Below are positions 57,397-64,000 of a stretch of DNA of 64,000 bases, one piece after another; the stretch's first letter is position 1; each line of letters begins with the position of its first letter. The stretch lies in the IMG/VR virus record IMGVR_UViG_3300044977_000112; one strand, given 5' to 3'. Origin of the DNA: an uncultured virus (IMG/VR IMGVR_UViG_3300044977_000112). Taxonomy: Duplodnaviria; Heunggongvirae; Uroviricota; Caudoviricetes. The translations under genes and the position numbers were made by a program. The notes beneath the pieces are model-generated. The model made no database searches, was not told the origin of the DNA, and saw only the letters and a program-made list of their open reading frames with translations.

Positions 57397-57905
57397 CCGA
57401 AGATATCTTTGCCGGCCAATCCTACGCCAAACCGGACGAGCTGGCAAAGCTCATCGAGCTACTTCCGGCGAGCGGCTGGTTCCTGGAAATCGGCTCGGCC
57501 CACGGCGTCACTGCTTCAATGATCGCTCGAGCCCATCCAGGCTCGCGGATCGTGTCAATCGATCCCTATATCGATCCCCATCCCGAAAGGTTGGCGAACT
57601 GGAAAGCCAACCAGGTCGCGAATCAGCATCTCTGGGTTGGAGAAATCGATACATTCCACTTATTTTGTGGCCAAAAATTCGATGTGGTTTTTGTAGATGG
57701 CGATCATCGGTACGCAGGCGTAATGCGCGATCTACTTTATGCGACGATGCTGGTCAAAGAAGACGGAACGATTGCGGTCCATGATTGCGGCGATCCAGAA
57801 TGGTATCAAGTTCAACAGGCATTCGACAGATTTATATCTGCTCAGCATAAATGGAAAATTGACGCAGTAGTAGGATCGTTGGCAATTTTGAGGATGGGGA
57901 AATGA
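57393..57905 (+). CDS. Class I SAM methyltransferase (Methyltransf_24-like)
   Basis: LEIGSAHGVT, FDVVFVDGDHRY, G.IAVHD. Confidence 0.88.
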   Translation: MTEDIFAGQSYAKPDELAKLIELLPASGWFLEIGSAHGVTASMIARAHPGSRIVSIDPYIDPHPERLANWKANQVANQHLWVGEIDTFHLFCGQKFDVVFVDGDHRYAGVMRDLLYATMLVKEDGTIAVHDCGDPEWYQVQQAFDRFISAQHKWKIDAVVGSLAILRMGK

Positions 57906-58642
57906 TTCCAATTCGCGGTATAGTCGTTTGTGTGGATTATGATTGCGAACTTGAAATCACGCTGCCTCGCAATATGCGTCATTTCACCGAATGCCTGGTG
58001 ATCACTTCACCTGCTGACAAAAAAACTTCCAGGGTCGTGGCCGAAGTTCCTGATGCTCGCTGCTATGTCACGGACGCCTTTTACCGGAGCGGCGCGAAGT
58101 TAAACAAAGGCTTGGCACTGGAAGAGGGATTCACGGCGCTGGGCCGTTGGGGGACCATTCTTGTCTGGGATGCCGATATTGTTCTGCCCGACGCGATCCC
58201 CCTTCCCAAGCTTGATCGCGATACCCTCTACGGCGCTCCGCGGCGGATTCTACACGACCCCAAACGCTGGTCGTCTTCACTCGACTGGCGGCAGATACCC
58301 GTGGACAAAGACCCAACAGTCCCGGGTTATTTCCAGCTCTTCAACGCCGAAGCCAAATGCCTCCAGAGTCGCCCTTGGTATGGCATAGATTTTACCCATG
58401 CGGGAGGTGGAGACGCTGTCTTCATGATGAAATTCAAACAGAGGGCGAAACTTCCTTTCGAGGTCCTGCACCTCGGCCCGAACAACAAGAATTGGTTCGG
58501 GCGCGTGAGCGATAGACTCGATGGCGAACCAGTATCGGAATCGGCGGTCCGGGATAGAAATGCCGCAATGAAGAGACTGGAACGCTCTCGCGGGGCAACT
58601 GGCCGTTTGCCGTGGGAGCAGACGAAAGATTTCCCAACATAA
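57902..58642 (+). CDS. GT-A fold glycosyltransferase
   Basis: VVCVDY, NKGLAL..G, WDADIVLP (DxD), GYFQLF. Confidence 0.8.
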   Translation: MIPIRGIVVCVDYDCELEITLPRNMRHFTECLVITSPADKKTSRVVAEVPDARCYVTDAFYRSGAKLNKGLALEEGFTALGRWGTILVWDADIVLPDAIPLPKLDRDTLYGAPRRILHDPKRWSSSLDWRQIPVDKDPTVPGYFQLFNAEAKCLQSRPWYGIDFTHAGGGDAVFMMKFKQRAKLPFEVLHLGPNNKNWFGRVSDRLDGEPVSESAVRDRNAAMKRLERSRGATGRLPWEQTKDFPT

Positions 58643-58727
58643 ACGGGTCCACTCATTCGCTTAAACCGCAATTCTTATTCTGCGCCGCATTCCGCATTCC
58701 CTACAATTCGTCCAAGGAGGCTATGCG

Positions 58728-59120
58728 ATGGCAGAGGAACATGAAGCCGAGCCCCGGGGTAAATTCGCATCAGGCGTCCACGAGACCAGAAAGGCTGTTT
58801 TAACGCTCATCAATCTGACCGATACCCAGCGGGCGTGGCTGGCCATTTCGACGATCCTGGCCTGCTGTATCGGCGGTCTGGCCTGGATGATGAGTGCCTG
58901 GCGATCCGATGTCCACGACGAAAGAGCGTTGACGACGCGGGCTTATGAAGCGGAATCGGAACGCGGGCGGATGTGGTATTCACAGGAACGGGATAAGGAT
59001 CGACTCTGGCAGGCCGAGCAGAACGAAAAGAACCGCTCAGCTACAATGGCACTGGTGGTGAAGATGGATCAGGTTTTGGCGGCAATTCGGGCGAAGAAGA
59101 ATGGGATAGAAGATGATTAG
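58728..59120 (+). CDS. Single-TM coiled-coil protein (holin-like)
   Basis: WLAISTILACCIGGLAWMM; AGGAGG RBS. Confidence 0.5.
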   Translation: MAEEHEAEPRGKFASGVHETRKAVLTLINLTDTQRAWLAISTILACCIGGLAWMMSAWRSDVHDERALTTRAYEAESERGRMWYSQERDKDRLWQAEQNEKNRSATMALVVKMDQVLAAIRAKKNGIEDD

Positions 59121-59355
59121 ACCCCGCAATTCCCGCCGTCTTCCTGCCCACCAGTTCATCGAGGCTGATCTGAAATCCATCAGCCATCATGATAAGATTC
59201 GCCAACCCTGGAACTCGCCCTGCATTCTCGAACTGGGCAATCTGGTTGCTCCCAAAGCCGCATGCTTCTGCAAGTTCGTCCTGAGTCCAAGAACGGTTTT
59301 CGCGGAGTTTCTTGAGATGGGATCCAAAAGAGCGAATGAGGGTGGAAGTAGTCAT
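59041..59355 (-). CDS. XRE-family HTH protein
   Basis: FGSHLKKLRENRSWTQDELAEACG....IAQFENAGRVP. Confidence 0.88.
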   Translation of the reverse strand: MTTSTLIRSFGSHLKKLRENRSWTQDELAEACGFGSNQIAQFENAGRVPGLANLIMMADGFQISLDELVGRKTAGIAGSNHLLSHSSSPELPPKPDPSSPPVPL

Positions 59356-59912
59356 AAGTTGCCACCTCCGCGTCGTCCGGTACATTCACACGCTTCGCAG
59401 TTTACTTCCTTGGGATCAAGTCCTATCCCAATGCAGGAAGGACAAGGTTCCCACTTGGCGGCAAGATTAACGCACTTTTCGACACAGCTACCGACAACCA
59501 CTTCAATTTGTGCTGTCATGTAACGAAACCATGACTCCTGATTCTGATCGCGCTGGGCCTCTTGGCTTGCCTCCGCGTCGTTCTCTTCCCATCCGGTGAT
59601 AAGTGTTTGTACAGCTTGGTTGATTTCTGATGCAATCGCCGCTGTGAGGTATTTGTCATCCGAAACGGGTTTTTTATAAGTTTCAGACAACGCCTTTCCG
59701 ATGGGGGTTTGATAACCCCAATCGCCCGGAGCGCCAAACGCTTTATGCCATGCTCTCCCCTCGACCAGTCGGGCCAGAACATTAAACAATTCGGCGTTGT
59801 CCCGATCTTCTCGGCTTGTCTCTTCATCAGCATCGTCCTGATCCAGAATGGCTTTCGCACGCTGGCGAAGAGCGAGAGTAACGGGCTTCCAATTCGTGAT
59901 AGCATCTTTCAT
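59352..59912 (-). CDS. Hypothetical protein with C-terminal Zn finger
   Basis: AFGAPGDWGY; CPSC.G..CEAC..TG. Confidence 0.6.
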   Translation of the reverse strand: MKDAITNWKPVTLALRQRAKAILDQDDADEETSREDRDNAELFNVLARLVEGRAWHKAFGAPGDWGYQTPIGKALSETYKKPVSDDKYLTAAIASEINQAVQTLITGWEENDAEASQEAQRDQNQESWFRYMTAQIEVVVGSCVEKCVNLAAKWEPCPSCIGIGLDPKEVNCEACECTGRRGGGNL

Positions 59913-60559
59913 GATACAACCTCTCTTTCTGCAAGCTTCTTCATGTCAGCCAAAGCATCTTCATTCGAGTCGAAGAATCGCACTGGCGAAATCAGATAGC
60001 CACTTGCCTTGTAAATCTGCATTGCGGCAAATTCAGGCGATGTTTGTTGTTCCAATTCGCGACCCTCTTTTCCAGCTAATGCTACGACCCATCCGGCACG
60101 GCAATGCGTTGTTCCACAATATCCACCTTCAGGAGAAACCTCTTCATCGGTGTGCCAAGTGGACATATTGAGGCAATTTGGTCTTGATGCAGCTTCATAA
60201 ACCTTCTTGTGAATTTCCGTAATGACTGGGATTTTCCTGGCACCGACTTCGATTTTTGATGGTGCCATGCCGGAGCAGTCGGAGCAGCGGGAGCAGCGGG
60301 AGCAGTCGGAGCAGTCGGAGCAGCCGGAGCAGCGGGAGCAGCCGGAGCAGTCGGAGCAGCGGGAGCAGTCGGAGCAGTCGGAGCAGTCGGAGCAGTCGGA
60401 GCAGCCGGAGCAGCCGGAGCAGCGGGAGCAGTTTGTCGTTTTCTTGCAATCGATTAGGCTATCTAAAGCCTTTTGCGCTTTTTCTTGCGTACCGAACCAT
60501 TCGACATAGCAACGGTTACCTTTGGTGTCCTCAACGAATTCAACGGTCGTAGCAGTCAT
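59909..60559 (-). CDS. Cys-Ser-X repeat protein with conserved CGTTHCRAGW domain
   Basis: 18 CSx repeats; LNMSTWH..CGTTHCRAGWVVALAG. Confidence 0.8.
   Translation of the reverse strand: MTATTVEFVEDTKGNRCYVEWFGTQEKAQKALDSLIDCKKTTNCSRCSGCSGCSDCSDCSDCSDCSRCSDCSGCSRCSGCSDCSDCSRCSRCSDCSGMAPSKIEVGARKIPVITEIHKKVYEAASRPNCLNMSTWHTDEEVSPEGGYCGTTHCRAGWVVALAGKEGRELEQQTSPEFAAMQIYKASGYLISPVRFFDSNEDALADMKKLAEREVVS
60269..60430. repeat. 9-bp tandem repeat, 18 units
   Basis: GTCGGAGCA/GCCGGAGCA/GCGGGAGCA. Confidence 0.95.
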
Positions 60560-60605
60560 GGTATTCCTTGGTTTGAGCAATGAGTAATTGGTAAACAGCA
60601 TAAAA

Positions 60606-60959
60606 TCAAACGCTTCCACCTCGTAAGTCAGCGACGAATTCGCCCCACTGGAAGCAATCGCGCCACTGAGTTTCGCGGACGCCGGGAACCGAAACGGCAA
60701 GAGCCTCATCTTCATTGGCCGGATCGTAATCCCAGTTGACGTGGTTCGCCCACACTTCGACGATTTCCCATGATGCTGCGGATGGATTCCATTCTTCGCC
60801 CTCGTGGGTTCCCTCAGTGGGGGCAGTCAAGCGTGCCCAGTAGTATCCGGGCTTCAGAGGCAGGTTATTTTGCATTATCTCCCATCTCCTATCTTCGGGT
60901 GACCAGAAGGAACAATCTGGGGGATCAATGCCCCGGAGAGTGTTGCGAGGATCATTCAT
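60606..60959 (-). CDS. Hypothetical phage protein
   Basis: LPLKPGYYWARL..WEIVEV. Confidence 0.6.
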   Translation of the reverse strand: MNDPRNTLRGIDPPDCSFWSPEDRRWEIMQNNLPLKPGYYWARLTAPTEGTHEGEEWNPSAASWEIVEVWANHVNWDYDPANEDEALAVSVPGVRETQWRDCFQWGEFVADLRGGSV

Positions 60960-61194
60960 GATTAAGCTCCCCAGTTATCTGGAATTGATGTTACGATTTC
61001 CTCGATCCAGGCATTCCAAACTCGCTTGGCCATTTCGTCGGTTTCGCAGTTGTGAAGGATCACATATCGACCAATAATTTCTCCTGGATTCAACCGTCGC
61101 ACAATATACTGGTTGTCCACGCTGCAATTGCGAGCGTCATTTCCCAAAAGGTCAATCCACGTCTTCTGAGCGATCATTTTAGCCCTTTATGTTT

Positions 61195-61246
61195 GGCCTC
61201 ATCGGCTGCCGCATGACGGCAAGACCGGCTTTCGCCGGTTTCGGCC
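61195..61246 (-). ncRNA. Type II hammerhead ribozyme (U4C core variant)
   Basis: GGCC GAAA CCGGC-GAAA-GCCGG UC UUGCCG-UCAUG-CGGCAG CCGAUGA GGCC; all three stems pair. Confidence 0.82.
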
Positions 61247-61467
61247 TTAGATTCGGACCAGTGATAGGACTTTGTAAGGACTGCCGCCACCGCAGGGTTT
61301 CATGACCTTTTGGCCAACTTTGAACGGCGTGCTTGAGCACCGGGGAAGGATCATGGTATAGGTCATTCCTTCAAGTGTTCCACCGATGAACAGGATTTCG
61401 ATTTCGTAGGTTGCGAGCATGTTCAGGACTCCGAAGGGGTTTGGGTTTCCGTCTCTCATCTACCAAT

Positions 61468-61496
61468 ACTATACGCTATCGTCATGAGAAGTGCAA
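61468..61496 (-). promoter_or_regulatory. Sigma70-like leftward promoter
   Basis: TTGCAC-17-TATAGT. Confidence 0.6.
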
Positions 61497-61544
61497 TACG
61501 ATTTCGTAAAGATTTTCTGAAAATGTTTTGCTGCCAGAAATGAC

Positions 61545-61973
61545 CTACTTCGCCCACACGCTACACTCGCCCACTCTCACCCACCACGTCACTCCCGCTC
61601 CCCGGTTCTTCCCGTCTTCCACTCGCCCCACGCACCGCCCCACCACGTCAATCGGCCGGCAGTTATCGGCTAATCCGCCTCCATACTCGCACACCAGGAC
61701 CGGCTCACTTCCCGGCATTCCAGAGAAAAAGCAGATCTGCCCTTCTCGTACTTCGTACTCCTTCGCCCCGAAGCTCAGCCGCACTTTCCGACCCGTGTAA
61801 TTTGCATCGGCTTGCTGAATGCTCAAGTCTCGATATGATTTAATCAGAGCTTTTGGCGATACCTGCTCGGCGGGTTCCGTGGTAGGATTGGTGCGGCACG
61901 AAACGATCATCGTCGCAATCCCAGTCATCAAAACCAACGATCCGCAAAGAGCAACAAGAGGGCGAACAGTCAT
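61545..61973 (-). CDS. Putative membrane-anchored OB-fold protein
   Basis: N-terminal hydrophobic span + SC; LIKSY....ADANYTGRKV. Confidence 0.6.
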   Translation of the reverse strand: MTVRPLVALCGSLVLMTGIATMIVSCRTNPTTEPAEQVSPKALIKSYRDLSIQQADANYTGRKVRLSFGAKEYEVREGQICFFSGMPGSEPVLVCEYGGGLADNCRPIDVVGRCVGRVEDGKNRGAGVTWWVRVGECSVWAK

Positions 61974-62268
61974 GGCAAAAACACCTCATCAGGTTAATCC
62001 ACCGATACCGCCAGTTCCACCAAGTCCACCGCCCCCACCGTTGCCTTGCTCGGATTCGCCTTGTTGTGACGATGTTCTGGGGCCGTCGATCGTTGTCTGC
62101 TGGAACAGCAAGACTTACATGATCGATCCACCTTCCGCGGCGGGGACACTGGTCTTTGATCCCACTGTACCACCTGGCACTTGCCCAATCTATTGGAGTA
62201 CGTTAGTGGGATTGCCGAAAAAACCGTAGTTTTGGCGGTGGGTGAAAATTCGGGGCGGGGGTGGAAAC

Positions 62269-62931
62269 ATGAGGCTGTTGGATTTGTATTGCCGAGCCGG
62301 GGGTGCAGCCGTTGGATACAACCAAGCGGGGTTCGATGAAATTGTGGGCATCGATATTGAGTCACAAAAAAGATATCCATTCACTTTTGTTCAGTGTGAT
62401 GCTCTGGAATACGTCCGAGATCATTGGCGGGAATTTGACGCCATCCATGCCTCTCCACCGTGTCAGGCTTATTGCGCGATGAAGGGACTCGGTAAAGGGG
62501 CCGGTAAAAATGCCCCTGATTTGGTCGGGCCAACCCGGATGCTTCTGCAAAGGACATGCGTGCCGTGGGTAATCGAGAATGTTCCGGGGGCTCCTTTGAT
62601 CAATCCAGTGATGCTATGCGGCTCAATGTTCCGCCTCGGGGTTCGCCGCCATCGGCTGTTTGAAACATCGTTTTTTATGTTGGGAATTTCGACGTGCGAA
62701 CACAGACCTGGGGCTTTGGCTGTGTATGGGGATCATCCGGAAGATGCCTACATTCATTCCAAGACAATGAAGCCGGATTCGACGAAACGGGCTCCGAATA
62801 TCCAGGCTGCAAGGAAGGCGATGGGGATTGATTGGATGGACTGGAAGGATATCACTCAAGCCGTCCCGCCCGCTTTCACAAAATTCATAGGAACCCAGAT
62901 GATCGATCACATACGCTTCAAGGCCGCATGA
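62269..62931 (+). CDS. C5 cytosine DNA methyltransferase (short phage type)
   Basis: LLDLYC.AGG, IHASPPCQ, VIENV, LCGSMF..RRHRLFE. Confidence 0.9.
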   Translation: MRLLDLYCRAGGAAVGYNQAGFDEIVGIDIESQKRYPFTFVQCDALEYVRDHWREFDAIHASPPCQAYCAMKGLGKGAGKNAPDLVGPTRMLLQRTCVPWVIENVPGAPLINPVMLCGSMFRLGVRRHRLFETSFFMLGISTCEHRPGALAVYGDHPEDAYIHSKTMKPDSTKRAPNIQAARKAMGIDWMDWKDITQAVPPAFTKFIGTQMIDHIRFKAA

Positions 62932-62941
62932 GGAACCGCCC

Positions 62942-63403
62942 ATGCTTTTTGCCGATAGTACATCCGGGACTGACGGCTTGATCATTACCGTGGTCAATAT
63001 CATTGTCGGGGCGATCCTGGCCGGCTTTCTGGCCTGGATCAAACGCGGCCAGACTGACGCCAGCAAAGACGCCACGGACGCCATCAAGGAAGCCAAAGCC
63101 GACCGGGTTCAGGTCAAGCAGGCCCTTGAAGTTCACACCACGGCCCAGAACGAAAAGCTTGATACGATTCACACACTCGTCAATTCTGCTCTGGGAGTGA
63201 GAATGAATGCGGAGGCCACGGCAAAAGAGGCCTTGGCGCAGGTGGTCCCAACTCCGGAAAACATTCTGGCCGCGGAAGCGGCGCGGGACGAATACCACGC
63301 ACACATGGCCAAGCAAGCGACTGTCGATGCGGTCACCGCAACGGGCCGCGCAACCGTGGCTGACGCAAAAAAGGCGAACGATTCCAATACAATGGGATCA
63401 TAG
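62942..63403 (+). CDS. Single-TM protein (holin-like)
   Basis: LIITVVNIIVGAILAGFLAWI; IHTLVNS motif. Confidence 0.55.
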   Translation: MLFADSTSGTDGLIITVVNIIVGAILAGFLAWIKRGQTDASKDATDAIKEAKADRVQVKQALEVHTTAQNEKLDTIHTLVNSALGVRMNAEATAKEALAQVVPTPENILAAEAARDEYHAHMAKQATVDAVTATGRATVADAKKANDSNTMGS

Positions 63404-63437
63404 TCGCCCGCACTGTCGCCCCGAAAGCCGTGCAATC

Positions 63438-63647
63438 GTGATCTCCATTCAGGGCGCTGTCAGCATCGTAATTACCCTGGTCGTTGCTGGCCTGATATTC
63501 TGGCTTCTGTTTTGGCTTGTAGGGTATTGTGGCATTCCCGAGCCGTTCAATAAGGTCGCTCGCGTTATTCTCGCTGTGCTGGCTGTGTGCGTGTGCATTG
63601 GGATTCTCCTGTCTCTGAGTAGCGGTCAACCGATTTTCAGGCCGTGA
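63438..63647 (+). CDS. Two-TM small membrane protein
   Basis: IVITLVVAGLIFWLLFWLV..IPEPFNKVARVIL. Confidence 0.7.
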   Translation: MISIQGAVSIVITLVVAGLIFWLLFWLVGYCGIPEPFNKVARVILAVLAVCVCIGILLSLSSGQPIFRP

Positions 63648-63750
63648 AACCATGACTCCCGACCATCCACCGCCGAAGCCTCACCATCCGCCCAAAGAAG
63701 CCCGGCATTTTCGTTTGAAACTGATCCATTACCACAAAGGAAGAAAGCGT

Positions 63751-64000
63751 ATGAACGATGTAATCGCCAACTGGCTGGCCAGCCCATCCAACAATGTGAC
63801 TGGATACCTGATCACTTGGCAACAGAATGGCACACCGGCCGGACCGACTTCCCCAATTGTCATTCCCCGCTCTTCGGCCTCTGATGCTTCGGGCTACTCA
63901 TCAGACTTCAGCCTAGCCACAGGTGTCACACCGAGCCCCGGCGATGTGATCACGGCTACGCTGGTGGTTCAGGACGCCACAGACAATCTCAACGGCCCGG
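63751..64000 (+). CDS. FN3-like protein, truncated by window end
   Basis: W.ASPSNNVTGYLITW. Confidence 0.5.
   Translation, partial: MNDVIANWLASPSNNVTGYLITWQQNGTPAGPTSPIVIPRSSASDASGYSSDFSLATGVTPSPGDVITATLVVQDATDNLNGP

Noticed and set aside
60195..60552. LLR, EQS and SSR repeat ORFs
   Set aside because: Alternative frames of the CSx repeat.
1..64000. Integrase, att sites or host boundary
   Set aside because: No tyrosine or serine recombinase motif and no host genes, so prophage versus free phage cannot be decided.

Overview
The whole 64-kb window reads as a tailed (siphovirus-like, lambda-type capsid) phage or prophage. Two TIGR02996-domain proteins suggest a Planctomycetota (Gemmataceae-like) host. 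No host housekeeping genes and no integrase are visible. Left to right it holds: (i) a DNA methyltransferase fragment; (ii) a 4.05-kb cargo-carrying IS5/IS903-like element (18-bp TIRs, SWIM-DDE transposase, passenger genes, a tRNA-like RNA); (iii) divergent early operons with ERF, DUF669, a PAPS-reductase-family gene, HNH and an AEP primase; (iv) terminase genes; (v) an unusual head module; (vi) fibre/spike genes, prohead protease, decoration protein, MCP, GroES and tail genes; (vii) a radical SAM-methyltransferase-glycosyltransferase cluster; (viii) a leftward operon containing a hammerhead ribozyme, then a C5 methyltransferase. The strongest candidate for an undescribed system is the head module. 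The portal gene is a 1159-aa polyprotein (portal + Acb1-like 2H phosphoesterase + hydrophobic hairpin + HNH variant), followed by an 859-aa mosaic ending in an ADP-ribosyltransferase. Domain boundaries carry [VIL]-x-E(E) motifs that also recur in the prohead protease itself, and a 23-aa tag is repeated in front of two cargo domains. This suggests protease-released, capsid-packaged effectors. All family calls come from motif recognition by eye; no database searches were run.
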